From the NCBI GenBank assembly GCA_963539835.1, contig CAUTMM010000003.1, positions 78,728 through 142,727 of the forward strand: a DNA stretch of 64,000 bases, written 5' to 3'. The translations under genes were made by a program, and so were the position numbers. The stretch is from an uncultured Acholeplasmataceae bacterium (GTDB taxonomy: Bacteria > Bacillota_I > Bacilli_A > Acholeplasmatales > Acholeplasmataceae). Shown here one piece after another: positions 19,114 through 29,167 of the stretch. Below the pieces are notes generated by a model. It saw nothing but the letters and a program-made list of their open reading frames with translations. It had not been told where the DNA came from and did not search any database. Within the stretch, counting starts at the first letter, position 1; each line of letters opens with the position of its first letter.

Positions 19114-20553
19114 TTACTCTCCTTTTATGTTGGTGACTACTACTTTTAAAGTACCGTCTTTTAATTTAATTTCAAGGCTGTCGTTGCTGTTAACTTCTTT
19201 CACGCTTCTAACCATTTGTTGGTTTTTAAACACCAGCGCATAGCCTTGGCTGAGTTTTTTATTTAAATCAAAATTATTTAGTTGTTCTTTAAAAAGTTTT
19301 AACTCAAACTCTTTGTTTTTAATAATTTCTGGGATATTTGGTAGTTTCAGTTTAAAGTCTGCTACTTGACTTTGTGCAACACTTAAAGTTTTGTGCATAT
19401 TTGGAAGTTTAGCGGTGAGTTTATCTAAATACTCTTTGTTTTTGTTGCATGTGTTGATAACTGAGTTTCTGCATCGCTGCAAAGCCAAAGCAAGTGTTGC
19501 TTGTTTTTTTGAATAAAGAGCGGCGAGTGTTGACTTTGCTTGGTTTTTAAGTAAAAGCAGATCTTGCTGAAGTTTGGTTAACTTACTCAGTGGAGACACT
19601 CGTTCTAAAGCCACTTCGTAGGTTCTTAGTTCTGCGTTTTCTTGATGTATTTTGTTTTTTAAATTAGTTAAAATTATTTGACTAAACTCAGCTAACTTAT
19701 TTTGAAAGTCAAGTGTTGTAATTTGCGTAATTATTGCAGCGGCGTCTGTCGGAGTAGATGCAGAAAGATCGGCAACGTAGTCAGAAATTGAGACATCTCT
19801 TTCGTGTCCGACTGCAGAAATTACCGGAATTTTAGAAAAATATATGGCATCTGCAACTTCTTTGGTGTCAAAAGCCTCAAGATCTTCTTTAGCCCCACCG
19901 CCGCGTCCAACAATTAAAACTTCTGCTTTGTATTCTAAGTTTGCGCGTTCTATCGCTTTTTTAATTTCGAGCGCCGCGTTTTCACCTTGTACTAAGGTAT
20001 TGTAAACAATAAAGTCAATTAAAGGAAAACGTTTATATGCGTTTTCTTTAATGTCTCTAAGTGCCGCACCTGTAGCCGAGGTTACAATCCCGACTACCGC
20101 AGGGTTTTGAGGAATTTTTCGTTTTCTTTCTTTTTCAAAATATCCAAGTGCTTTGAGTTCGCTAATTAGTTTTTCTTTTTCCCTTTTCTTTTTGCCCTCA
20201 CCGTAGTCATAAACCTGCCAAACTGTAGCAGTTATTGCACCACCTTTTTGGTAATAAGAAACAGTGATGTCAACAATCACCTGCATGCCAGTGTAGGGAA
20301 TGAAATCTAGTTTACTTGCAGTGCTTTGCCAAATTGCACATCTTAGTGCACTTTCTTTGCCAACTAAGTTAAAGTAAAGATGACTTTTTGGGTTTTTAGC
20401 CTCGTATTCTGAGTATGTTGCTTTAACTTCACCTAACACAAAAAAATGACTATAGCCAAAATTATGTTTAACTAAATCTGCGATATTTTGGCTAAAAAAG
20501 TCTACTTCAATAACATTTTTTTCTGTATTATTTTGAAATTCTGCTCCAGTCAT
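19114..20553 (-). CDS. xseA: Exodeoxyribonuclease VII large subunit
   Basis: 479 aa. N-terminal OB fold (GEVKATY...HLYFNL), catalytic GIVTSATGAALRDI, RGGG, VGHERD, and a long coiled-coil tail. Confidence 0.9.
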   Translation of the reverse strand: MTGAEFQNNTEKNVIEVDFFSQNIADLVKHNFGYSHFFVLGEVKATYSEYEAKNPKSHLYFNLVGKESALRCAIWQSTASKLDFIPYTGMQVIVDITVSYYQKGGAITATVWQVYDYGEGKKKREKEKLISELKALGYFEKERKRKIPQNPAVVGIVTSATGAALRDIKENAYKRFPLIDFIVYNTLVQGENAALEIKKAIERANLEYKAEVLIVGRGGGAKEDLEAFDTKEVADAIYFSKIPVISAVGHERDVSISDYVADLSASTPTDAAAIITQITTLDFQNKLAEFSQIILTNLKNKIHQENAELRTYEVALERVSPLSKLTKLQQDLLLLKNQAKSTLAALYSKKQATLALALQRCRNSVINTCNKNKEYLDKLTAKLPNMHKTLSVAQSQVADFKLKLPNIPEIIKNKEFELKLFKEQLNNFDLNKKLSQGYALVFKNQQMVRSVKEVNSNDSLEIKLKDGTLKVVVTNIKGE

Positions 20554-20936
20554 TTTAAATTAGCAACGATGTTTTGCAATAGCTTATTGGTAAACTTGTG
20601 TTGTTTTTCGTCATCTAAATCTGAAAACAACTTAGTAATTTCAACTGCCTCGTTGATGGCGACTGGCACAGGGGTTTTAAGTTCTTGAATTTCAAAAACA
20701 GAGTACTCAACAATCGCTTTATCTAAATTAGAAAGTCTGTCCAAACTATAGCCAATTAAAGCACTAGAAATTATTTCGTCAATTTCTTTTACCTTAGTTA
20801 AAAAAAGTAAAAAAATCTCTTTTTCTTCGTCTGTTAACACTAAATTATTTTCAAGTCCCAAGTTATAAAGATAGATAGATTTAATTAAATTTAGCCTGGT
20901 TTGTAGTTCTTTTTTCATTTTATTCTCCAAAGACAT
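20550..20936 (-). CDS. nusB: Transcription antitermination factor NusB
   Basis: 128-aa all-helical protein in the nusB-xseA arrangement. The stop and the next start overlap in ATGA. Confidence 0.85.
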   Translation of the reverse strand: MSLENKMKKELQTRLNLIKSIYLYNLGLENNLVLTDEEKEIFLLFLTKVKEIDEIISSALIGYSLDRLSNLDKAIVEYSVFEIQELKTPVPVAINEAVEITKLFSDLDDEKQHKFTNKLLQNIVANLK

Positions 20937-20947
20937 TTTAGCATAAT

Positions 20948-21859
20948 TTAGTGCCTTTTTAGCCTATCGTAAAGGTTTTTCACCTTAATAAATTTGTTGC
21001 TCAAGTGCGCCCGATTTATTTGTTTTTTAAAGGTAGAAATGTAAATCGACATAAGTTCAGAAAGTGAACTATATGGATGTTTTAATCTTAATTTCATGAC
21101 TCTTTCTAATTCGGGGTCAAGTTCGGTTTTTAAGTTTGCAAAAATAAAGTTAATTTGCTTAATTTGTTTAGCTGCGACTTCCGAAGTTTTTTTAATGTTA
21201 GCAGTTTCACAATTCACACGGCGGCGTAAAGCAGTTGCCACTTCTCGATCAATTTTACAGTTAGTGTAGCGTTCTGCGATTTTGTTTAGTTCTGAGTGAT
21301 TTAAAAAATCAACAATTTGGTCAAACGACTTAACGTATAGCAAAAAATGGTCCAAACGTTTGGAAATTCTGGCGTCTAAATTGTATTTAAGTAGGGTTTT
21401 TTGGACAAAAAAACAAGAATCTGTATTTTTGAATTTAAACTCCAGGTGATAGTTTGCAGAACTTGGCGAGTTAATTGAACCAAGTATTAAAAATAGAGTT
21501 TTGAAAAACAAAGGTTTTGATATCTCTTCGAGTGCTGTTTTAATTTCTGGTTCAATTTCCAAAAAATCAGGTTGCGAAAAAACTACCTTTTTAGAGCCAT
21601 AGTTAACAACTGCTTTAACTTTTAGTTCTTTAAAAGCAGAGTCGTATAGTTCAAGCAGTTCGTAAGGCATTTTAAACTCATAAAACTCGCTGTCTTGACT
21701 TACTGGTTTTTTTAAGTAAATAGCCAACCATAAAAACTGTTTTAACTCCGGTAAAGGTAGTTTTGAAATGCAGGCAAAAACTTCATGTTTGCAGTACTTA
21801 GAAAAAGAAACTCCAAGTTTTTTTAATTCATCTGCCAAAAGTTGGCTAGAATTAGCCAT
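20948..21859 (-). CDS. whiA: WhiA-family DNA-binding protein
   Basis: 303 aa. Degenerate LAGLIDADG-like repeats (LFLILGSINSPSSANYHLEF) and a C-terminal HTH (YSSLSELMSI). Confidence 0.9.
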   Translation of the reverse strand: MANSSQLLADELKKLGVSFSKYCKHEVFACISKLPLPELKQFLWLAIYLKKPVSQDSEFYEFKMPYELLELYDSAFKELKVKAVVNYGSKKVVFSQPDFLEIEPEIKTALEEISKPLFFKTLFLILGSINSPSSANYHLEFKFKNTDSCFFVQKTLLKYNLDARISKRLDHFLLYVKSFDQIVDFLNHSELNKIAERYTNCKIDREVATALRRRVNCETANIKKTSEVAAKQIKQINFIFANLKTELDPELERVMKLRLKHPYSSLSELMSIYISTFKKQINRAHLSNKFIKVKNLYDRLKRH

Positions 21860-22757
21860 GGTTTTTTAAATATTTGGCAATTGCAGAAACTGCAATACCA
21901 CCGTCAGCGGCGGCTGTAATTACTTGTCTAACTGCTTTTTTTCTAACGTCTCCTGCTACAAAAATACCAGGAATAGAAGTAGACAAGTCTTCATTTACTA
22001 AATAGTATCCCCATTCTTTTTGTAGTTCTGTGTCAAGCAGTGAAGACTCTGGAACTTGACCGATAAAAATAAAAATGCCATCTACGAAAACTGACAGATT
22101 TTGGTCAAAGACATCAAAGTTAATTCCTTTAAGTGTGTTGTTTTCATCTAAAATTTTTTTAATTTTTGCGTTATATATAACTTCAATGTTGGATTTTTTA
22201 AATAGTTCCACTTGCCCTTTTTTGTCAGCGGTTAAGTGTGGATCTTGAGTAATAACTGTAACTTTTTTGCAAATGTCTGCTAAAAAAGTAGCCTCGTCAA
22301 CAGCAGCGTTACCACCGCCTACAACAGCTACTTCTAAGTCTTTGTAAAAAAAGCCGTCGCAAGTTGCACAAAAAGAAATACCGTTGCCAAGGTATTTATC
22401 TTCATTTTCAACGTTTAGTGTTCTTGGTTTTTGGCCAGTTGCTAATAGCACAGTTTTAGTTTCATATGTATTTTGATTTGTTGAAACCTTAAAGCCATTT
22501 TCAATTTTTTCAATTTTTAAAACGTTTTCTGCAATTATTTTTGCACCTAAAGACTTAGCGTGTTCGTGCATAGACTTAGCCAAAGCACTACCCTCTATTT
22601 TGCTAAAACCTAGATAGTTTTCAATTTCTTTTGTGTTAATAATTGCACCACCTGGTACTTTTCGTTCAAACACCAAAGCGTCTAAGTTTTGTCTTGCTGC
22701 ATAAATTGCTGCGTTCAGGCCAGCAGGACCTGCGCCAATAATAATTAAATCTTTCAT
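21852..22757 (-). CDS. trxB: Thioredoxin-disulfide reductase
   Basis: 301 aa. GAGPAG, redox centre CATCDG, GGGNAAVDEA, GIFVAGD. Confidence 0.95.
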   Translation of the reverse strand: MKDLIIIGAGPAGLNAAIYAARQNLDALVFERKVPGGAIINTKEIENYLGFSKIEGSALAKSMHEHAKSLGAKIIAENVLKIEKIENGFKVSTNQNTYETKTVLLATGQKPRTLNVENEDKYLGNGISFCATCDGFFYKDLEVAVVGGGNAAVDEATFLADICKKVTVITQDPHLTADKKGQVELFKKSNIEVIYNAKIKKILDENNTLKGINFDVFDQNLSVFVDGIFIFIGQVPESSLLDTELQKEWGYYLVNEDLSTSIPGIFVAGDVRKKAVRQVITAAADGGIAVSAIAKYLKNHG

Positions 22758-22759
22758 AA

Positions 22760-24184
22760 TTAGTTAAATAAATCCTTTAAATCCTTTAAATCGTTAATCT
22801 TGTAAAGTGCGGTTGTAGAGCCGTTTTCAGAAGTTTCTGTGCTGTAGAAAACTGTCTTAATTTCAAGTTCATCTGCTAGTTTTAGCATTTCTTCGCTTTC
22901 TGAAATCACACACACTCTTTCTTTTCTCATCAGTTCGTTTGCGAGAAATGGGTTTTGCTTGTCTTGTAGATAAGCATTTTTAAATGAACAGTATAGGGCG
23001 CTTTCAGCTAGAGTTTGTTTTAAGTTAAGTTTAGAGAAAACAACTGTTTTAATTCCAAATAGATAGTTGTAAAGTTTAAACTTCAAAATAGCCTTATAAC
23101 CCAGTTTTAAAGCAAGATCTGCGTCTATTAAAAAGTAGGCAACAGACCCGACTTTCTCGCCTTTTTCGTTAACTATATAGCGACCTTTTTTACCAGGGTC
23201 AAGGTAAGTTTCGTAGTGATAAGGAGTGGCCTCTGTGTAGTATGGAATGTGTGTGAAGTAAAGATATTTAACACCAAAGTAAATCAAACCGCCAATTATA
23301 AATAGCACAGAGATTAACACATTTTGTTTAATCTTGCCAATCCATAGTGGATCTTGGCGAAAAGGTTCAATTAAAAAGCCACGAATTAAGCCATAGGCAA
23401 CGGTGTACAGTCCAAACATATCTCCAACTTTAAGTAGTTTAAAACGGCGAATTACTAGTAAAGAAATTAAAATAAATAAATTAGCTAAAGACTCATATAA
23501 GAATGTTGGATGCCAGTAGCCAATTTGAGTTGAATTGTTTCCGCTAAAGTACATTTGTTCGCGAATAAAACCTGGCAAGAAATTAAGACTTTGAGCCATT
23601 GTGCCGTGTGCCTCACGATTAATAAAATTGCCCCAACGACCAGCAATTTGGCCAATTAAGAAACCAATTGCCACAATATCTAAAATCAAAAGCATATTGA
23701 TTTTTCTAACCCAGCAGTAAATGGCTGCCGAAATCATGGCCACAATTATCGCACCATGAATCGCAAGTCCTCCGCTTCTGAAATCAAAAAATGAAGAAAG
23801 CGAAGCGTTTGGGTCAAACAGTAAGTAGTAAAGTCTAGAGCCCAAAATTGAAAGTGGGATAATTATTAAAACTCCGTCAGTGGCGTGAGATACCGAAATA
23901 TTTGATTTCTTTACTTCTTTTAGCGAAGTATAAACTGCAGCAAATATGCCAAAAGAAATAAAGACAGCATACCATCTAATGTCTTGTCCAAACACTGAAA
24001 AGGCTGTTTTACTGAAACCAATTGCTCGGTCTGGTGCACGAAAACCATTCGTAGCTAAAGCAAGTAGCGCGATAAAAATCAAGGTTAGTAGCGGAAACGT
24101 TAAAGTTTCCCAGTACTTATTGGTAAAGTTAAAAAACTTAGTTTCTCGGTATCTAGCTGTGAGTTTTTGTATTTTTCTAATCAT
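22760..24184 (-). CDS. lgt: Prolipoprotein diacylglyceryl transferase with N- and C-terminal extensions
   Basis: 474 aa. Lgt core IRWYAVFISFG ... GRWGNFINREAHG ... HPTFLYES. It also has an extra N-terminal TM of about 55 aa and a C-terminal soluble region of about 165 aa. Confidence 0.9.
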   Translation of the reverse strand: MIRKIQKLTARYRETKFFNFTNKYWETLTFPLLTLIFIALLALATNGFRAPDRAIGFSKTAFSVFGQDIRWYAVFISFGIFAAVYTSLKEVKKSNISVSHATDGVLIIIPLSILGSRLYYLLFDPNASLSSFFDFRSGGLAIHGAIIVAMISAAIYCWVRKINMLLILDIVAIGFLIGQIAGRWGNFINREAHGTMAQSLNFLPGFIREQMYFSGNNSTQIGYWHPTFLYESLANLFILISLLVIRRFKLLKVGDMFGLYTVAYGLIRGFLIEPFRQDPLWIGKIKQNVLISVLFIIGGLIYFGVKYLYFTHIPYYTEATPYHYETYLDPGKKGRYIVNEKGEKVGSVAYFLIDADLALKLGYKAILKFKLYNYLFGIKTVVFSKLNLKQTLAESALYCSFKNAYLQDKQNPFLANELMRKERVCVISESEEMLKLADELEIKTVFYSTETSENGSTTALYKINDLKDLKDLFN

Positions 24185-27003
24185 ATTTTTAATACCTTTC
24201 TTAAATATTTTCCAGTTAAAGAGTGTGGATTTTCACAAACATCTTGAACAGTACCTTTAGCAACAATTTCGCCGCCTTCATCACCACCATGCGGTCCAAG
24301 GTCAATTATCCAGTCGGCTTGTTTAATAACGTCTAAGTTATGTTCAATTACCACCATAGTGGTTCCCTTGTCAACGAGTTTATGCAGAACTTGACAAAGT
24401 TTTTTAACGTCTTCTTGATGAAGCCCAGTTGTCGGTTCGTCTAAGATAAAAATAGTTCCAGGTCTAATTTCTTTGTGTAGTTCAGAGGCCAACTTAACTC
24501 GTTGAGCCTCACCACCAGATAAGGTATCTGAGGCTTGGCCTAATTTAATGTAGCCAAGTCCAACTTCCTGCATCACGCTTAAGCGTTTATGGATTTGTGG
24601 GAAGTTTTTAAAAACAGAAACCGCTTCTTCCACTCGCATTTCAAGAACATCTGCGATGTTGAAGTCTTTGTATTTAACTTGCAGGGTTTCTGAATTGAAT
24701 CTAGTGCCATTACATAAACTACACTTAACGTAGACATCTGGTAGGAAGTGCATTGAGATTTTCTTAAGTCCATCACCCTTGCACTCCTCACAACGCCCAC
24801 CTTTGACGTTAAAAGAAAATCTACCTTTTTGATAACCTCGTTGTTTTGCTAAAGGAAGTTCTGCAAAAAGTCCCCGAATATAGTCAAACACACCAATGTA
24901 AGTAGCCGGATTAGAACGTGGAGTTCTGCCAATTGGGGCTTGTGAGATTTCAATAATTTTCTTTATCTTTGAAAAATCCTGTACCCATTCAACTTTTGGT
25001 TTGGTTTGTTTAGTGTCACCTAGTTTAATTTGCAGAGATTTTAGTAAGACATCTTGCACTAAACTAGACTTACCAGAGCCAGAGACACCAGTGACAACAG
25101 TTAAAACATTTAAATAAAATCTGGTGTCAATGTTTTTTAAGTTGTTTTCGTAGGCATTTCTGATTTCTATATAGTCAAAATCACTGATTGGTCGGTGTTT
25201 AGCCGGAGTTGGCACTTCTGTTTTGCCAGACAAATAGTAGCCCGTTAGTGATTTTGGTTTTTCAATAAAATCTTTTGGTGTACCTTCGGCAACTAACTCA
25301 CCACCAAAGTCTCCAGCTTTCGGGCCAATGTCAATAATCCAGTCAGCGGCTTCCATGGTCTCGCTGTCGTGTTCTACCACTACCAAAGTGTTGCCAAGGT
25401 CGCGCATTTTACAAAGAGTGTTGATTAACTTTGCGTTGTCAGCTTGATGTAGACCTATTGAAGGCTCGTCTAGTACATAAAGAACTCCTGAAAGTTTTGC
25501 CCCTATTTGTGTGGCAAGTCTAATTCTTTGCAGTTCACCACCAGACAAAGTAGCAGCTGAACGATTTAAATTAAGGTAGGAAAGTCCAACATCATTAAGG
25601 AAAGTCAGGCGGTCTTTAATTTCTTTTAAAATGCTTAAAGAAATGGCCTTTTCTTCTTCGGTTAAAGTTAAATTACTTAAAAACTCAAGTAGTTTTTTAA
25701 CCGATAAATCAGAAAGTTCAAAAATATTTAAACCGTTGATTTTAACCGAGAGAGCAGATTCGTTTAAGCGTTTACCTTCACATTGTTTACAAACAGATTC
25801 TTTGGCAAACTTGCCTAACCACTCGCGGAACCACTCAGCAGTTGTAGTGTCAAAACGTCTTTGATAGTGATTAACAACTCCTTCAAACTGCTCTATTTTT
25901 TTAGTTATACGTCCGCTTTTAGAAATTAAGTTAAACTCAATTAACTCAGGACTACCAAAATACAGTTTTTGTAGTTTTTCTTTATCTAGTAGTTTTAATG
26001 GAGTGTTTGTATCAATTTGAAAAAAGTTAGCAGCAATTTCAAAAACTTGCGACTGCAGGTTATCCTCGTTATTATTTTGAGCAGGAATAATTGCGCCTTC
26101 TTTAATTGAAAGTTCTAAGTCAAAAACGAGTTCAGGCTCAATTGTCATAATGCTACCTAAACCTTTGCAGTTAGGACAAGCACCTATCGGCACGTTAAAC
26201 GAAAATAAACGTGGTTCTATTTTAGGAATTTCAAAAATTTCGTCTTGGAAGTGATAGTGTTCAGAAAAAGGAGTAAGTTCATTTGTCTCTGTGTTTCTAA
26301 TATATATAACTTTAGCGTTTTCTTTAAATGCGGTTTCTATAGTTTCAAAAATTCTAGAAACTTTGTCATCTGAAACCGTGATAGTAGAAATTATGATATA
26401 GAGATAATCGTGATTAATTTCTACTTTTTCTTCGTCAATTCTAATAACCTGACCGTCAACCAAAACACGGTTATAACCTTTCTTTTGAATACGATTAAAA
26501 AAATCTAAATTATCTTCATTTGGCAGTTTAGTTTCCTTGATTAAAATTTGGATTTTAGTGCCCAGCAACCGCATTGCAAAAGCAGTGATTTCTTGAATAG
26601 TTTCTCTTACTAAAGGTTTGTTGTCTAAGGTAAAGGGTTTGCCAATTGACGCAAAAAGTAGTCTGATGTAGTCGTAAATCTCAGTTTGTGTACCAACTGT
26701 TGAGCGAGGGTTAAAAACAGAGCTTTTTTGGTCAATCGCAATACTTGGCGAAAGTCCTTCTATCTTGTCAACATTTGGTTTTTCAAAATTTCCAAGAAAC
26801 TGACGAGCATAAGAAGAAAGCGATTCAATGTATCTGCGTTGTCCTTCTTGATACAGGGTATCAAAAGCCAGTGTAGACTTGCCAGAACCAGAGACACCTG
26901 TTACTATTACTAACTTGTTTTTAGGAATAGAGACGTTAATATTTTTTAAGTTGTTTTCTTTAGCACCGTAGACGTTTATGTATTTAGTGATATCGCTTTT
27001 CAT
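24181..27003 (-). CDS. uvrA: Excinuclease ABC subunit A
   Basis: 940 aa. Two ABC modules ([10 protein letters not shown] twice, LSGGE twice) and zinc-finger cysteines. It ends in TGA, overlapping the lgt ATG. Confidence 0.98.
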   Translation of the reverse strand: MKSDITKYINVYGAKENNLKNINVSIPKNKLVIVTGVSGSGKSTLAFDTLYQEGQRRYIESLSSYARQFLGNFEKPNVDKIEGLSPSIAIDQKSSVFNPRSTVGTQTEIYDYIRLLFASIGKPFTLDNKPLVRETIQEITAFAMRLLGTKIQILIKETKLPNEDNLDFFNRIQKKGYNRVLVDGQVIRIDEEKVEINHDYLYIIISTITVSDDKVSRIFETIETAFKENAKVIYIRNTETNELTPFSEHYHFQDEIFEIPKIEPRLFSFNVPIGACPNCKGLGSIMTIEPELVFDLELSIKEGAIIPAQNNNEDNLQSQVFEIAANFFQIDTNTPLKLLDKEKLQKLYFGSPELIEFNLISKSGRITKKIEQFEGVVNHYQRRFDTTTAEWFREWLGKFAKESVCKQCEGKRLNESALSVKINGLNIFELSDLSVKKLLEFLSNLTLTEEEKAISLSILKEIKDRLTFLNDVGLSYLNLNRSAATLSGGELQRIRLATQIGAKLSGVLYVLDEPSIGLHQADNAKLINTLCKMRDLGNTLVVVEHDSETMEAADWIIDIGPKAGDFGGELVAEGTPKDFIEKPKSLTGYYLSGKTEVPTPAKHRPISDFDYIEIRNAYENNLKNIDTRFYLNVLTVVTGVSGSGKSSLVQDVLLKSLQIKLGDTKQTKPKVEWVQDFSKIKKIIEISQAPIGRTPRSNPATYIGVFDYIRGLFAELPLAKQRGYQKGRFSFNVKGGRCEECKGDGLKKISMHFLPDVYVKCSLCNGTRFNSETLQVKYKDFNIADVLEMRVEEAVSVFKNFPQIHKRLSVMQEVGLGYIKLGQASDTLSGGEAQRVKLASELHKEIRPGTIFILDEPTTGLHQEDVKKLCQVLHKLVDKGTTMVVIEHNLDVIKQADWIIDLGPHGGDEGGEIVAKGTVQDVCENPHSLTGKYLRKVLKI

Positions 27004-28982
27004 TTCAATAGTTCCTCAAGGTCTTTTTCGTAAACTAATGTTGTGTTAAATTGTTTGGCTTTGCTTAACTTAGAACCTGCGTTTTCACCAACTATCAACA
27101 CATCTGTTTCTTTGCTAATAGAAGACACTAAATTAGCGCCTAGTTTGGCCAAAATGTCCTGTAGTTCTGCTCTTTTGTAGTTTTGAAGAGTACCAGTAAT
27201 TAACACTTTTTTACCACTAAAATAACTGTTTTGAACTCCGAGTTCTTCTTCCGTTAAAACAAAGCCGTTAGTTATTAGAAAATCAACTAATGCTTTGCCT
27301 TTTTGGCTGTTAAAATAACTTACTAAAGAACTCGCAATGCTTGGTCCAATTTCATTAATTTTGGCAATTTCCTCTTCAGTTGCCAAAAGCAGAGCATCTA
27401 AGTTTTTAAAGTGTTTTGTAATTAAACTTGCTACTTTTTTTCCAACATTTGGAATACCGAGTGCAAAAAGCAAAGTTCTAAAAGGTGCCTGTTTAGATGC
27501 TTCAATTTCTGTTAAAATTTTGTCAACAGAACGGTCTTTAAAGCCTTCTAAGGCGATTAACTGACTTCTAAAGTTGCGAAGAGCATAAATATCTTGGATG
27601 TTTTTTATAAAACCTTGGTTAAACAAAGTCTCAATAGTTTTTTCACCCAAATCCTGGATATTCATACAAGTCCTTGCACAAAAATGAATTAAACTATTGA
27701 TAACTCTAGAGTCGCATTCTAGGTTTTCGCAAACCCAAAATGCTTGTTTTTTAATAAGTTTACTACTGCAAGCAGGACAAACTTTAATCATTTCAAAAGG
27801 TTTAGCGGTTGTTGGTCTTTTTTCCTTAATTACTTCGGTAATTTCTGGGATGATTTCGGCTGCTTTATAGACTAAAACATAGTCACCAACTCTGATGTCT
27901 TTTTCTTTAACAAATGCTTCGTTGTGTAGTGTTGCTCTTTGCACATAAGTTCCAGAGACAAATACTCGGTCAAACTCAGCGACCGGAGTAACTGCACCTG
28001 TTCTGCCGACTTGGTAAACAATTTTGTTAATTTTAGTCTCTACTTTTTCGGGTTCAAATTTATAGGCAATAGCCCACCTAGGCGATTTTACAGTAAAACC
28101 TAAACTAGCCTGCACTTTAAAGTCATTGACTTTAAAAACAATTCCGTCGGTCGCATAGTCTAAGTTTTTTCTTAAGTTGTCGTAATAAATTACGCTATCT
28201 GTAAGTTCGTTTAGCGTCAGGGTTTTGTAATTAGGATTAACTTTAAATCCTAGTTTTTCAAGGTATAAAAGAGCCTCAATTTGGCTGTTAACATTATACT
28301 TTTCGGCGTCTACCAAAGTATAGATAAAAATGTCTAATCCGCGTTTTTTTACAATTTCTGTGTTAAGTTGACGAATAGTTCCAGCAGTAGCATTGCGAGG
28401 ATTTGCAAATAGATTTTCGCCTGTTTTAGCTCGTTCTTCATTGATTTTTTTAAATTGAGAATTTGGCATAAAAATCTCGCCACGCACAGTTAAGGTCACA
28501 GGTTCAGTTAGTTTAAGTGGCAGGGAATTAGTTTTAATTACGGTTTTAGTTACGTCTTCGCCAACTTGTCCATCACCGCGGGTAGAGGCTTTTTTGAAAT
28601 ATCCGTTTTCATAATCTAAGTTAATTGCCAGACCATCAATTTTTAGTTCAGAAACAAATTTAGTGTTGGGATATTTTTCGTTGATTTTAGCAAAAAAACC
28701 AAAAAGTTCGTCTTGCGAGTATACATTATTCAAAGACTTCATTGGCGCGGGATGCAAGACTTTATCAAAGCCTAAAAGAATTTCTCCACCTACTTTTAGA
28801 GTTGGAGAATCTGGCCTTTTAAGTTCAGGAAAGTTATGTTCAAGTTGTTCAAGTTCTTTGACTAGCATGTCATATTCAAAGTCAGAAATCAAAGGTTTAT
28901 CTAAGGTATAGTATTGTTTTGCAGCCTCATTAATCTGCTTAATTAAATTATCAATTCTGTCTTTTTTTGCCTTTAAATCCAT
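27000..28982 (-). CDS. ligA: NAD-dependent DNA ligase
   Basis: 660 aa. Adenylation site ELKIDGLA, a Zn finger CPACSS...C..C, HhH repeats, and a C-terminal BRCT domain. Confidence 0.97.
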   Translation of the reverse strand: MDLKAKKDRIDNLIKQINEAAKQYYTLDKPLISDFEYDMLVKELEQLEHNFPELKRPDSPTLKVGGEILLGFDKVLHPAPMKSLNNVYSQDELFGFFAKINEKYPNTKFVSELKIDGLAINLDYENGYFKKASTRGDGQVGEDVTKTVIKTNSLPLKLTEPVTLTVRGEIFMPNSQFKKINEERAKTGENLFANPRNATAGTIRQLNTEIVKKRGLDIFIYTLVDAEKYNVNSQIEALLYLEKLGFKVNPNYKTLTLNELTDSVIYYDNLRKNLDYATDGIVFKVNDFKVQASLGFTVKSPRWAIAYKFEPEKVETKINKIVYQVGRTGAVTPVAEFDRVFVSGTYVQRATLHNEAFVKEKDIRVGDYVLVYKAAEIIPEITEVIKEKRPTTAKPFEMIKVCPACSSKLIKKQAFWVCENLECDSRVINSLIHFCARTCMNIQDLGEKTIETLFNQGFIKNIQDIYALRNFRSQLIALEGFKDRSVDKILTEIEASKQAPFRTLLFALGIPNVGKKVASLITKHFKNLDALLLATEEEIAKINEIGPSIASSLVSYFNSQKGKALVDFLITNGFVLTEEELGVQNSYFSGKKVLITGTLQNYKRAELQDILAKLGANLVSSISKETDVLIVGENAGSKLSKAKQFNTTLVYEKDLEELLK

Positions 28983-28988
28983 ATGTAG

Positions 28989-28997
28989 ATTATAGCA
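28989..28997 (-). promoter_or_regulatory. Extended -10 element TGCTATAAT, 6 nt upstream of the ligA ATG (leaderless-type)
   Basis: The minus strand reads AATGCTATAATCTACATATG. There is no SD between the -10 element and the ATG. Confidence 0.45.
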
Positions 28998-29114
28998 TTT
29001 GAGCTAGATAAAAATACTTACAACGCTTTTGAGTGTTTAAATAAATTAGACAAACTAATGAATTTAAAAGAGAGTGCTTTAAATGCAAAAAATAATTAAA
29101 ATGATTACCTGTTT

Positions 29115-29122
29115 TGTATAAT
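29115..29122 (+). promoter_or_regulatory. Putative -10 element (TGTATAAT) for msrAB
   Basis: TATAAT at 29117-29122 lies about 45 nt upstream of the SD AAAGGAG. The -35 region is weak. Confidence 0.35.
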
Positions 29123-29167
29123 TTTTATGAGCAATTTTAAAATTTTAAGTTTTAAAAAGGAGTAAAA

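Noticed and set aside
24222-24232. DnaA-box-like TGTGGATTT, and the mnmG-rsmG pair as a hint of a nearby origin
   Set aside because: It is a single imperfect box inside uvrA. There is no cluster of boxes and no AT-rich unwinding element, and no dnaA or dnaN in the window. Origin proximity remains only a synteny-based guess.
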